Made by a program: the position numbers and the translations under genes. From Octopus sinensis (taxonomy: Eukaryota): a DNA stretch of 64,000 bases. The notes below the pieces were generated by a model. That model was not told the DNA's origin. It saw only the letters and a program-made list of their open reading frames with translations, and did not search any database. Within the stretch, counting starts at the first letter, position 1. Each line of letters starts with the position of its first letter. Shown piece by piece: positions 48,041-61,807 of this stretch. Location of the stretch: NCBI RefSeq assembly GCF_006345805.1, contig NW_021833417.1:66019-130018 (forward strand). Reading direction: 5' to 3'.

Positions 48041-48289
48041 GTTGTAATTTTTATTTAATTAGTATTGCTTTTTTATTGATTTTTTGTAGAAAGACGGAAC
48101 TTTCTTAATTTTCTATTTTTACGCATGTTTAAAGTTTTTGACAGTTTTTATCGAAAAACAAATCTTAAATAGACATTAAAATATACATTAAAATACATTT
48201 AAATTTTAATCAAAAAACAATTTGATTAAAATTTACCTTTTTTGAAATTTCGTTCGCTCTGTTCTCAATAACTCACTCGAATTACGAGA

Positions 48290-48490
48290 GCTATCGGAAT
48301 ACAGAGCTGCTGTTCACGAATTCAGATCTCTCGGACCTGACCTCCCAAAAATTCCTTCCATACAGAAGATTTGAGATCCCATCAGGTGTTCTCATTTAGT
48401 GGAATGTTCTCGCTCGCAAGCCGACCAGATGCAGTTGGCGTCGTTGAACTGTGCCTGCCAAGCTCATTCTGGGGATTGGTTAAATGCTCT
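48290..48490 (+). mobile_element. CRE-clade LINE fragment (second subfamily)
   Basis: QLASLNCACQAHSGDWLNAL is paralogous to 49240-49300. Confidence 0.7.
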
Positions 48491-48719
48491 CCAACTGGCG
48501 TTTGAGGTAAATTGTCAATTACTGATTTCAGATAATCCTTTATTATCGTGAATGCAAGTATCATTATAAATAATGGATTTAGAATATCATAATTTGTATT
48601 GCAAATATCTCAAAGTTTGATCAAACATTCTTTAAAAGTTTCCCCATCTATAGAAAAATTGAAAATTTCATGGAATATAATCATTGCTGACCTGTTGATA
48701 TTTTCACAATTAATTTCAC

Positions 48720-49990
48720 TGTGAAGGCTTTATGTGACAGGCTCGAAGAATTGGAAAGTCTAATCTCTCGCATTTCCAAACTTGAGTCCCATTTAGGCCT
48801 TTTCTTGCTCAAGAACTATCTCTTTATACCGAAGCTAACTTATCTCATGCGCTCATCGCCCTGCTTTCTCGAACAAAATCATTTGTCTTGTCTCGACAAC
48901 ATGGTCTCCAAAGCTCTTGAGCTTCTCGTAAACATCAAATTCAAACCTTCAGACATGCGACGGGTTAATTTACCTATTCGTTACGGGGGCATCGGCATTC
49001 GTTCCTGTGTTGATTTATCCCTCCCATGTTACCTTTCCTCATTGTCTGCTTCTGCCAGTTCCTTCAACTCTGTTCTCTTCCCCTCCCCTGAACAGCCCGA
49101 GTTGGTGGAATATACGCCGGGTGTCAACATGTGGATTTCTCGTGGGCTTTAAATCCCGGACGTCCCTTCAGTTCAAAAGAACTGGGATGATATACATTGC
49201 TCCCATGTACTCGAAGATATCCGCCTACGTGCTGACCAATTTCAGTTGGCAAGCATCAATTGTGCCTGTCAACCCCACTCGGGCGATTGGCTTGACGCTT
49301 TGCCGATTTCTTCTGCTGGAATGTTGCTGGACGACGAATCTGTCCGCATCGGAATCTGTTTACGGCTTGGCATAGAGATTTGCCAGCCGCACCATTGCAG
49401 ATGTGGACAACTCATTGACAGGAGAGGTTTACACCCTCTCTCTTGTCGCCTCAGTGCCGGCAGGATCCCCAGGCACGCCTCATTGAATGACGTTGTGAAG
49501 CGCGCGCTTAACGCCGCTGGATTTTCCTCGATGTTGGAACCGATAGGACTAGACCGTGGAGATGGAAAACGCCCTGACGGGTCGACCTTATTCCCGTTCA
49601 GGAAGGGAATGGCACTCGTGTGGGATGTTACCTGCATAGACTCATTTTCTCCTTCATCGTTGGTCGACTCCGCTTCTCGTCCTGGATCTGCATCTGGCCT
49701 TGCCGAATCTAGGAAAACTGCAAAATATGCCTCTTTGACCGATACCTGCTGCTTCATTCCCCTGGCTTTCGAGACCAGTGGGATAATTGGACCCAAAGCC
49801 CTCAAACTCCTCTCAGAGATTGGTTCAATCATCTCGAGGAGGAGTCACGACAGTCGTGAAACGAGCTGGCTTTTTCAGCGGATATTGTTCGCGATATTAC
49901 GTGGAAATTGCCTGTCCATCCGCTCGGCGACTCATCTAGTTTAGTTAACTTCTCTTCTCTAATTTTCTTGTTTCAAAAAAAAAAATTATT
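48720..49990 (+). mobile_element. 5'-truncated CRE-clade LINE (RT tail, CCHC and REL domain) with an A-rich tail
   Basis: LPIRYGGIGIR, HSGDWLDALP, CRCG..GLHPLSC, RHASLND, DGKRPDG, VWDVTC and FIPLAFETSG..QRILFAILRGN, followed by poly(A). Confidence 0.9.
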
Positions 49991-50188
49991 ATTCAAAAAA
50001 AAAAATTTCACTGTGTAGTAACAGTCTTTAAGACATCGTTAATACTACTCGGAGTGAATTTTATCCGATATTCAGCCTTGATATTGTCAAAAATGAATTA
50101 TCATCTTCCAAACAAAAATGTATTGCTTAGCATTCGGCTTATGGAGGATTGAGCTAAAAAAATTAATAAATTCAATCTAAACTAATAA

Positions 50189-51410
50189 TTAGACGACTCT
50201 CAAATTTTTGCTTTCCGAGTTCCCCATGACTCCACTTTGATCTTCCCCGCCATGATCCTCAATCTCATCCTGGGGCGTGCAGTCTCTGGGTCTCTTAAGG
50301 GACCTGCTGATCTTCATAGAGAAATTATATTTCCGCCAGTTCCTATTTACGGAATTTGCAGAGTCCAGAATTTCACTGAAGCCATGTTTGTACTCGATAA
50401 ACATGCTCTCCAGAGTGGCCTTCAGCGTTACAGTCTGGATGCAAGACCGAACACGTTCTTCAATCCCAAGGAGCTCCATGTACTTGCGGTAGATTGTTGA
50501 GACGATTCCATCCCACGTAATGACAATTGGCACAATCTTCACCTTAGCCTTGTGAATCAGTTGTAATTCACTAGCTAAAATGTCGTATTTGTGCAGTTTT
50601 TCTACTTCCACACTCTTTAGGTTATTTATTGAAGTCACACCAACTTCAATAAGCCATATTAGGTTCTCTCTTTTGTCGTAGAGGAAAATGTCGGGTTTTT
50701 TATATTGAATTTTCAACTCTGTTAAATTGTTGTATCAACTCGTATTTCTGCCAAGGTGTTGCACATTATACTCTGGACAGATAATAAATACACAACTATG
50801 AATGGGTTTTATTTCCAATGCGTGTATTGTGCAATAGTCTTTTCAATTCAAAATTCTTGCCTACGGAACTCTCAAACTTGTCCACTCAAAGTTCAAAGTC
50901 TGCGAGTTCATGGTTAACCTGGACATTAATTCAAACTAAATAAATCGCATATCAAGTGACAAAAGTGGTCCAGAATGTAGATTACAACTTTAGTCCACGT
51001 CACGTTCAACTCTACGAGAGAATGATCAATGGAAAAATCTTTACTTGAAAATCGTAGAACAGCGAAAGGTTATTTTCAAAAAGTTATATTCATAGCACTT
51101 CTCATCATCAACTTGATTCAGAATTTTGGGAGATAAATTTCACTTTAATATTGTTGTGAACATTTTTGAACTTTGTTTCCGTCAGAATCGTCAAACTCCA
51201 ATTTCAACTTTAAATAAGAAATCGTGATCACAGAATCAGAAGGCTTCCCAAATCAACCCAGCTAGAATAACGGGCATTTGCATGCTTCTTATTGAATCAG
51301 TGATTCATACGAGCTTGTTCTTTAGAACCCTGGCACTGTTTCCTCGTCTCTAACTGGTTATCAGAAATGAACCCAAACGCATTCACAAAATCTGAACTTT
51401 TTCATTTTCA
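50189..51410 (-). mobile_element. Decayed, internally deleted R4/Dong-like copy
   Basis: KPDIFLYD..IEVGVT..KYDILASEL..TWDGIV at 50189-50716, and FGFISDNQLETRKQCQGSKEQA near 51300-51400. Confidence 0.8.
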
Positions 51411-51676
51411 AATTTAATATGTTATTTTAGAGTGGAATCAATCATCGGGAATGTATTTTTATGCAATTAATCTTTTTACATAACAATCCATGCAGGGGTC
51501 TTTAAAATTATTCCATCAGTGATATGTAAAATTATATCCATGGTGTAGCTATCAATCAGCTCTGACAGCACTGCCAGTTATTTCTTTCCAGAAAAACTGT
51601 TGTTGGACTGTTGGAGCCAATCAATAACATATGGCATCCAAATAACAACAGAAAAAGGAAATAAATAAAAGAATAA

Positions 51677-52698
51677 TTATTGATCATTAAGATTATCCGC
51701 GCCGCTTTTAAGTTGTGGCGAGTTTGCAGTTCCCACCAAAGACAAGAATGACTGTTCGCCCTGCAAGGAATCGTCGTTCCATTTATCCACACTCCGTCTC
51801 CGAGCATTCATAAAAAAGTTGGCGACCGTGGTGACCTGCAATCCGAGATTGGAGGCAAGCGTAGTCTGCATCTCCTTGGAAGGGCGACGACAGTCCTTGA
51901 AGACACCATTGAGTGTTTGTCGTTGGTAGTCAGTAAACACAAGTCGTGGCTTCTTAATAAAAGTCCTGTCAGTGTGCCGGTCGTACTCATAATCCTTGCG
52001 GTGCATAACTAGAGGGGGTTAGCATTACAATCAATAAAACTAATCGAATATGTAATAATCAATACACAACCTGCCTCCCTCAATTGAGCCACCCGCTCGT
52101 TTTCTGGCTCCATCATCCACCGTCTCATTCTCCGGAAGGTCTCTCGGCCTGATTTTAGTTTATTCCACGGCTTCGGATTCCGCAATAAATCGGAGAGAGT
52201 GCCCTGACTCCGCCGTAGCACACGCTTGGAGAATATTGCTTGAGGAATGCTGAATCTCTTCAACTCGGCAATGATCTGCATAGTCAGTTCGCGGGTGTCA
52301 ATCTCCTCCCCACACACCCCTTCCGAGTCCACCGAGTCCTTCCCTGAGTTGTCGTGAGTATAAAACTCGTGTCTATACTCCATGCCAGAACGACCCAAGT
52401 CGGGTTTCAATTCCCCCCATTTCGACGGGAATGGAACGTGGTGGTGCTCCACGGGTCCGGAGTGGGGGGGACAAGTGGAGAGCATGGCTGGGATGTGAGA
52501 TAAAGTGGGGGGCGGGGGAATGTTGGTCGAACCATCTCCAAGATACTCCAACAGCATATAATTGCCTATTACGCCTGGAAAATTAAAATATGAGTTTTGT
52601 TGGGCATTCTCGAGAGAAAAGGGAAAAGATCCAGTCAACGAACGGGGGGCATTTGAGGTGTAGGGGGTGCTCAAAGTAGAAGATGCATCCCTCAACAT
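51677..52698 (-). CDS. ONECUT: ONECUT (CUT domain plus homeodomain) transcription factor
   Basis: CUT domain ELKRFSIPQAIFSKRVLRRSQGTLSDLLRNPKPWNKLKSGRETFRRM and homeodomain KKPRLVFTDYQRQTL..VANFFMNARRR, joined by a 62-nt intron. Confidence 0.93.
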
Positions 52699-53179
52699 CA
52701 CGATAAACAAACAGTCGCTTAAATATTAAAAATCCTATTTCATCAATTTGAATAATCATTTTAAATAAATAATAAACAATAATCATTTAATATCAAAATA
52801 GCAAAGGATACATTAATCTTGTATGATTCCGGAACTAAAGATTGCTATTTCTTCATTCTATGGGGACATTTGTCTCAGCTGGAAATGACTAGCAGACAGT
52901 CATTCAACCCAGTTACTTTGACATTGCTTCAATTTATAAGCGATCAATCGGTGAAAGTCCTTTCTATAGGGACCCGATATTTCAAGGGGATCAATTTACA
53001 AAAAAGAATAGTCTTGTTAAATAAGGTCACTGAATACAACAAAAGTTTTTATCAGGATTTAATTAATTGTTTAAATTAAATCTTAATAGCTAATTTAATT
53101 TATTTTTACAAATTTATACAACAGTCCTTTAAATATTTCAATCGGAATTTTTGGGGAAGCTCAAACTATGGATCACCAG

Positions 53180-53470
53180 CTTCCTACAAAGGGTGTGCCT
53201 CGGAGAATTAATTATATGTCACGTCCTTTCCTCTCTGTTCCCTGCTCTATTTCTTGCTGTAATCATCCCTTGTAGACAAAAATGATGTTTTATGTGATGA
53301 CATTGTATTGGCTTCACGGGATCGGGCATCTAAAAAGCCACTGAAAGAATTCTTTAACCTGGATTGGCTCAATGCTACTCTATCTATCAACAAAAACTAT
53401 TCTTTTACTGTGGAAAATGCCCCATCTACACTCAATTCTAAAACCAGGATTATTGAACAAGTCATTTATA
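53180..53470 (+). mobile_element. Decayed RT fragment
   Basis: KGVP.. and CDDIVLAS-type motifs with frameshifts. Confidence 0.45.
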
Positions 53471-53487
53471 AAAAAGAAACTAATTAG

Positions 53488-54654
53488 CTAAGTAATTTTT
53501 CCAAGTCCAGAGCCTTCGAAGTGAGTAGAGGGTGGCACTTTACGTACCTCCTCCCCTTCTTCCTCCTCTTCTCTGGCACTGTAGACCTTCGAAAAGATGC
53601 AGTCCAGCGCCTCTCGCTGACTAAACGTCAGGAAAGGGCTGGATCGGCGAGCATCAAACGAGACACACTCCAGAGTCCTCTTAAGAACAGTTGACTGTAT
53701 ATAAGCCTGTAGAGACATATCTACACCCAACTGTCTCAAGTACTGCTTGTGGTATTTGGTGCATCAGTCCTAGCTCGTTTGCAAGAAAGTCATACTTCCT
53801 CCTTTTCTCTACTTCCACTATCTGCAAACGGTCTAGGCACGTGATGCCCACCTCCACGATAACAATCTCCCCGGTGACCTTATCGTAACAACAATATCGG
53901 GTCTGTTGTGCTGGACAACAATCGAGGTGCGTATGGGGGTATCCACCTTAATGCACACCCGCGAGTTCTCACACACCGATTGAACTCGATGGGTTCGCAA
54001 CTTTCTGGACCGCCTCAAGCCATACTTATTGCAGAGAAAAAGATGGAGAAACCTAACCATCTCGAAATGCTCCATGTGTAATCATGGTAAAGCATACTCC
54101 CGCACTTCGTAGCAAAATGGGCAACGGTCATTGCCTTACTCTTACAGTGGTTACACTGTTTCCGTTGAGCATTAAAAAAGTTTCTGTCCTGCAAATATGA
54201 GAACAACCCTTCAGATCGGGGAGAGTTATTCCCATATTTCAGCCACGTTGTGACAATGAAACGTCAATGTGCGGGTTGTCCAGACTGCTAAAGAGAGTCT
54301 TGTGAAGGACTTTTAAGTTGATCTTTTAATTAGGGATTCCTTTTGAAGTTTGATCAACTCCTTCACATTAACTTGAGTAGCACCTAGACCATACTTAGCC
54401 GACACATAGCCTTTTATGGTCCCTAGGTGTGTACCACGCGCTTTTTCAGCAGCAAGGATGGCAGCCTTCCTTTGGGATACACTCGACCCACTCCACAAGG
54501 TGTCGTGCATCTTAGTAAGAATTTGCTCACTTAAGTGTACGATGTTATTCAGTCCACGTCCTAGCTGCCCGCGAGACAAGTAGAATCTCTCCTTATTGCT
54601 CGCACACGTGGACACGATTCTCTCGGAGACTCTTCGGACAATAAGATCCATTTC
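53488..54654 (-). mobile_element. R4/Dong-like 3' portion (third subfamily), frameshifted
   Basis: SNKERFYLSRGQLGRGL, QDRNFF, CNHCKSKAMTVAHFATKC, HNRPDIVV and AYIQSTVLKRTLECVSFD. Confidence 0.85.
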
Positions 54655-56045
54655 ATGGAATAATATTTGAAAATTTGGCTTCCTGTGCGACGGATGGTCC
54701 TATGTCAATGGTTTGAAAATATAAGGATTTGTTTCTTTCTTAAAAAAGATTATCCATGGGTCATTACGGTTCATTATATTTTGCATCGGCATCAATTGTA
54801 TCAAAGATTTTATGTCATGATTTACATAAATCTTTAAACATGGTAATCAAAACAATAACAAAATAAAAACACGAAGCAAATGTGATCGTCTTTTTAGATG
54901 CTGGTGAAGATTTTATTTGACTTTTATTACACACGGAAGTAAAATGGCTTTCAAAAGGAAATGCTTTAGAAAGATTTGTTAATTTTTCGATGCAATAGTC
55001 GCATTTTTCTAGACTGAAGAAGACTTGGTTTGGCTGAAGAAATCATTTCACGAAAAAATGATATATTCTATTTGAATTGAATTTTACAAAATTTAATGAA
55101 ATTACTATTTTTCTTCAAGGAAATTTTGTCAACATGATTGATTGCAAAAAAATAATGAAAACATTTGCAAGAAAATTATTGCGTTATCGACATAATTTTT
55201 CTATAAATCAGTTTTAAAAACATTTCACAACTATCTGAGATAAGTAAAATACTACTAAAGTTGAGCAGAATTAACAATATCATGGTCTAACTAATAATTT
55301 TTAATAAAAATTTAATGTTTAATTTGATTTATTTTTTATATTTTGACTTTTGAGTTAATACAAAAACAACCAATTAAAGGATAATGCACAAAAATTTTTA
55401 AATTGTATGTGGACAAGGGGGCGATAAAATATCTAAGGGGGCGATGAACAAAAAAAGGTTGCGAATGCCCGTCTTAGTGAAAGGATAATAATAGTCGTAA
55501 TTTTTATCGAAAAAGTGGTCGGATGGACTTGGAGAGTTTATGTTCTTGGCTATTTTATTAAGATTAAAACGTAAATTCTTTGAATTACATTTGTCTGGTG
55601 ATATGAATGCATGATTCTTTTTAGTTTTGTCGAGAAAAAGTGAAATTTATTTATTTATAACCCCCAAGCTTGCACAACATGGCAAGCCCAGCACAAACAG
55701 TCACAACTAACTAATCAAATGAAGGAGCAAGGAACGAAGGGATTGCTTGTGCCGATCCGATCACGATCAAAAAAAAGTGAAATAGAAACATTAAAAGTAT
55801 TTTTTGTTAAAAAAAAACTTTTTAGAATTAGAGCTGAATAGTTAAAAAATTGACCACAATAATTCCATTAATAATGTTTAATTGGTTCCATTAATTTATA
55901 TTGTTATATTCATCGATTACTCTCAGCTTTTTGACTAAAGTAGCTAGTTATTCAAATTTTATTACGAAGGCTTAATTTTTATTGTACTCGAATTAATCTT
56001 ACATATAAAGTGTTTTTATTAAAACTAATCTTTGAATAACACACA

Positions 56046-57245
56046 ATGGAGGCTGAAATATCTAAATATAAAAAACTCTGCAAAAAATATAATGCATCCG
56101 AGCTTACAATTTCCAAGAGCCAGCTTGGATCTGAAGAAGTTAACCTGAATGGATACAGTCTTACTGAAACTGATCTCAAATGTTTTTTCCTATCTTGGGA
56201 TGTCGAATTTGTGATTTAACAAGTTAGAATTCTTTGATAAAATTCAAAAACTCAATTTAAATGGGACTAAGATAGCCGACGATTTGGTTCAATTTTTGTC
56301 AATTTCATCCAAAGGCGACTTGCTTAACTTCACTGTTTATAATATTTCAAATTCTTTAGAGTCTTGAAAATTGTTTGATTGGAAATAAATTGCGTCGTTT
56401 TAGACTCGCTGAAAAATAAAAAACTTGAAGATTTAAATCTTTCAGGTTTATTGTCAAATCTTATTTATAGGGAATGTAATTAAGGAATCGACCATGACTA
56501 GTTTATTGAGAATTTGCAGGTTTAAAATCACCAATCATTTCAAGCACCAGGAAACTCTTTTGAAACTTACATTGTCAAAATGTTCGATAGAAAACAGTTC
56601 TGTTCAATTATTGGCATCTTATTTACGTACTTCTAAGTGTAAATAATAAATAGTCAAGATCGCTCGATTAAATCCGTTGACCTTAGCTGGAATAAAATTT
56701 CGAAAAATGGTTCCGTTTCAATATCAGAAATTTTTATGGTCTCTTTTATGTTTTTTTTTAAATTGAAAGAAAAATCAATGTATTAAAATTTTGAATGTTT
56801 CAATGAATGGGTTTGGATTGGAAGCTTGTCAGAAATTTTGCTTTTCACTGAGAAATACAAATTCATTAAACGTTTTAGATCTTTCCTATAATCATTTGGA
56901 TTCCAAAAGTCTAAATTTTTTACTAAATGGTCTTAACTACAACAGTTCTGTTGAAACTTTAATTGTAAAGCCGAGTAATTTTATTTAAAGCTTACGGGGA
57001 ATTCCTTTGATACCAACGGTCCGATCATGATCTTGAAAATGTTGAAATTTTCAACAATGTCAGTTTTATCCAAAGTTGAAATTGATGTATATAAATTTAT
57101 TGAAATCTTTCAGAATAGTGCAGTCAATTCAGAGTTCGAAAAATTGTACTCAGAGCTCGATCTAAAAAGGAAAATCGAGATTTTCTATGTAAAAAAACTT
57201 TTTAACTCAATAATTTTGAAAAACAATAAGCAAATAATATTTTAA
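56046..57245 (+). CDS. LRR protein, copy 2 (5' half frameshifted by small deletions)
   Basis: Duplicate of 22383-23590. Confidence 0.7.
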
Positions 57246-57513
57246 AAATTCCTTAATTGAACAAAGAACTGGATGTATGTTTTATTAAAATAAAATTTAA
57301 TTTGAAAAAGTTCGTCTTTGTATTGTATCATTAATATCAATTTCGAGAATTTTTTTATTTAATGCATTAAAACAATTCCTGATCATTCCTTTAGATAAGA
57401 CAGTATTCCGTATTGTAAAAAGATCGTATCCTCTAAATTCTATTTTTACAATTAATTATGAACAAAATTTCTCCTTTTTGTTGTAAAAATATAAAGCTTT
57501 GTTCGAACAAATA

Positions 57514-58115
57514 TCAATATCGTAAGAAGTAGTCAATTACTGTACTAAAAGCAGCAAATCCAATTGCCCCGAAGAGACCAGGCTTAAATCCGGCTAATTT
57601 ATTAATACTTGGCAAACCTCTAAAACCCAGCAATCCCCCAGTAATTCCCCCTGCGGCAGTTCCATTGATAAGTTCGCTCTTGCCACGATACTGCGAGAAT
57701 AGAATGACATGTCTAACGCTCTCAATCGAACATTCAATTCCCGAAAATAGAAATCCAACCACGGAAAAATTCCTGGCATACGACCAAGAACGAGATTTCA
57801 TGTCGTTCAGTACAGATCGGAAGGTCTGTGTCTGTGAAGTCGACGGGGGTTCCAATCCGACAGAAAAAACGCCAAAAAGTGACCCGAGTCCAAGACCAAA
57901 GAATCTCAGTTAATTTCATTACCAGCAAAATAGCTCAAAACAGCACGAAATGGACATGATTCAGTCAGCTGCATGATTATTTGCTGTTCGTTTGGTATTG
58001 GTGGTTTCCTTAAATACGGTTTACTTAGAACATGGTCTATGTTTTCACGTTGATTTCCAAGATAATTTTTAATGAGGTGGTTATATAATTTTGGAACATC
58101 GGCATGTGAATCCAT
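57514..58115 (-). CDS. TIMM22: Tim22, copy 2
   Basis: Duplicate of 23859-24460 with two amino acid differences (F/L and V/I). Confidence 0.88.
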
Positions 58116-59536
58116 ATAACGTGCAACACTTTTCACCTCGTTATTTAAATGTGAATCATATTTATTACCATAATTATCATCAGAATATAACTTTTTTATT
58201 AACGGAAATTAAACCCTTATGCTGAGTGAATTTTCAAGCAATTCTCGCGATTGATAACTAGGCAGATACGCTAGAAAAGCCAGCTAGTCTCTCTAGGCCT
58301 GCGAGTTCCTTCAAATGCTTTTATGGGCCTTCACTTCGAAAACTTGGCTGGTTTCAACAGCAATGAGCAAAAAGATTTAACGATTTTCAGTATGCTGACT
58401 CAGAAGAGCAGGCAGAGTTAATCAAATTATATTTGTCGAAAAGTTCAACCTGGATGACATCTCAGACGAGGCATTTGCCCTCAGCCAATTTAAATATTTC
58501 GAAACGTAATTTTAAATGCAGTATTCATTTTTGACATTATTCAAAAATTAAAGATTATTCTATCTTTGATGCATTTTTCAGAGTTACCGCAGGTCCATTC
58601 GACAACACGCAATCAATAAAGTCATCTCACGTACTCAGAGTCGGCGGCATCACTTACTCAGCTGGAACCCATCGACTAAGAAAACAAAGATAGAAATTTT
58701 TTCTTATCAAGTTTTGTAAGATTTTAATTTTTAAAAAGACATGTTCCATTTTATTATTGAAATGAAAATCTTATATTAAAATAAAAAATCATTAAAATTT
58801 ACTTTCTGTTTAAATCATCAATGATTTATCCACTTAAGTTTTTGAAGGTTTAAATATGCTTGAAATTGATTATTTATCATTTTTGAGTTTTAATAAATTA
58901 ACATTACGAACAAAATTAACAATATCAATGTATGAATCCCACTGATGAGACGGTAAATTTATTTGTAGATAGAGCTATCAAACATAATAAAGTCTAGTAA
59001 AAGTAAGAAAATTCAGATGAGCACAAATTTGAACCAAGTACGTATTTCTTTCATATTTAACAGCCTTTTAATAGTTTTTTCTTTATGACTCTTTCCCGAT
59101 GTAATGACTAGTTTTCTTGTTATAATAAATAAAAATTAGTTATTGGCCATATGTTATCAACTTATATTTTGTCTCAAGTATTATGACAAATGCGACAAAC
59201 ATATCGTTTTTATTGAGTTAATTTATTAAAATTGCGTATTCACAAGTATAGTGACTGTTACCTCCAACAATATTTGGTAATTATCATTATTCATTGATTA
59301 TAAGAATCACATTAATTAGATTATTCATGTTTATTAATATCTTTGTATTTAAATATATTTGGCCTCGCAATAGTTTAGTTTTGTGCAATACTAGTTTAGA
59401 AAATTATGTATTAGTAAAATAATTCTATAGGTGCCAATAAATATAGATTTTTTTTCACAGCTGATAAGTATTCAATTTTGATAATGGCATTAGTTGACGT
59501 TTATTTATAATTATTAATTTTTTGCTTATTTTAGAA

Positions 59537-61147
59537 ATGAAAATAACAATTTTCCTGGTTTTCTACTCAAGCATGGGATTCAAAAATTATTTATATTTTC
59601 AAATTCCTGAAGAATCTAAACCGGCAACATTCGTTGGAGCCATTTCCAGCCAATCTAACAAACAATCAGGAAACGTCATGAAATTTTATAAACTGACAAA
59701 TAATATTGAGAGCAGTTATTTTATTATAAACAAAACAACTGGAATTATTACAACAGCTTCAATCATTTTACGTGAAAGTATAATTCGGTGCCGTGGACAA
59801 AAAAAATGTGTTGTAGAATTTAAAGCAAGTTCTATTTCAAAACAGGAGTTCAGAGTCTATGTGATACAAATCAATATATGTGATGTTAATAACAATGCTC
59901 CAACTTTTTACCCAAATTACATTTCGCATGAAATTGAAGACTTAGTGAATGACGTTTTGATACAACTCCCTTCTCCTTATGACTACGACAGTCCTAAATT
60001 TGGCATTAGAACATGTTTTCTGGAAAATTCAGAAAATTGGACATCAATTTTGGTAACTAAAATGAATTCGGGACAATATAACCTTAAACTTAAGGTTTAT
60101 GTTAATTTAACATACTCTAATTCGAAACTTGTAACTATTCAGTGTTTGGATTGGGGATATCCCCCTTTAAAGGGACGACTTTTTGTACATCTCATTTTTA
60201 AAAAAACAGTTATTTGCTCGAAGCCAATTTTTGAATACAAAAAATTAAGAATTTCAGTAAAAAACAAAACAGATTCTAATCCATTTATAATTACAAAACT
60301 GGCTGCAGTCAGAAATTCAAGTTTCCGTGGGAAAGAAGAATACAAATCACAGATTTTGGCTTACAAGATCATTGGAAATACGGTTTTTAAAATTGATCCA
60401 GTAAACGGAACAGTTTATGGTTATATTGATGAAATGGGACACTTTTTTAATTCTGGAAAACTTTTGATGCTTAATGCAAGTGTTTGTTGTGGAATTATGT
60501 GTGACTATTGTGAAATATATATTAAATTCGAGCGAATTACAAGGAAAACAGAAAATTCCTTTGGTTTTGAAAATTATATAAACATCTTTCTCGAAAAGGA
60601 AAAGTTTAGTGTTTCCAGAAAATCAGCAAATGGAACTATTCTTGGCTATGTAGTAATTGATAGCAATTCTCATGCTTCTGCCCGATGTAGAATTTTTTCT
60701 TCAAGTCAAATTGTTATTCAAAAATTGACAAATACCACATTCGTAATTCTCAATATCTTAGATAATGAGAATACTATATTTAATATGACCAAATGTTTTG
60801 AATTAGAGTGCAAAATTACAAACAAATTATTTCGCTCAAAAATTATTTGTGTTAATATTACAGAAAATGCAGTCTCGCCCGGGATTATAAAATTTCTAAA
60901 AAACAAGTTTTCAAGTTATGTATTTATTCTTGTTACAACATCACTTGGAATATTTTTTTCAATTTTTTTTCTTTTTATTTTCATTCGATATAGTCGTTAC
61001 CATTTCAAAGTAAATTTCATGTTACCAATTTAGAATGACCGAAAACACAACTTTGTTAATTCGAATAATTCAAATAAATATCCCGACTGTATTAAACAAT
61101 TAAATTTTCCTTACTGCGATAGTAGGGGATATAATTACGGGAAATAA
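59537..61147 (+). CDS. Protocadherin-like protein, copy 2
   Basis: Translation identical to 25882-27492. Confidence 0.8.
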
Positions 61148-61807
61148 AAATAAAGCTAACACCAATTATATATATGATGATATATACAATTTTTATGTTT
61201 GTTCCTTCGAAAATACTAAAATAGGTCAACCGAGTCACTGGGATTTTTCACATCCACATAAATCGTTGTCAGTGAATTTCGATAGGGTCTCGATCAGTAT
61301 TTGTTAACCAATACCTGATTCTTAACTCTCTGACAATTCCTTCAAATTCCTAACTAGTTTTTGTAAACAGAATCGCATTCACTTACAAAAAAGTCATCAA
61401 CAGATAAGACGATAATCATTCGAGCAGACTGGTTATCTAATTGAAAGATTAAATAAGCGCCCCAGTACATAACCACTCTGAAATCGAGAGAGAATCAAGA
61501 TATGGGTTATTGCTTCATCAAACATATTTCAGAGCCAAAAGGAAGTATTCTAAACATGAGATAGTCTTCGGTAACTCAGATGGTCAGTAATTTGCAATTA
61601 CAAGTACATATTCATGTATCATTTGCAGTCTTGGGTGGCGTGTGGGGACAATACCGAGTGAAGATAAGGTCGCTTGTGAAGTGCGTCAGGATAACGTGAT
61701 TAATTTGTTTTGTTTTTACCGTGTCTTTGTTAAATAAAACTTAAAACGAGTGAGTTAATTTATTAATTTGTTTGATTAATGTATAAAAATTAATTCTAGC
61801 AAAATCA

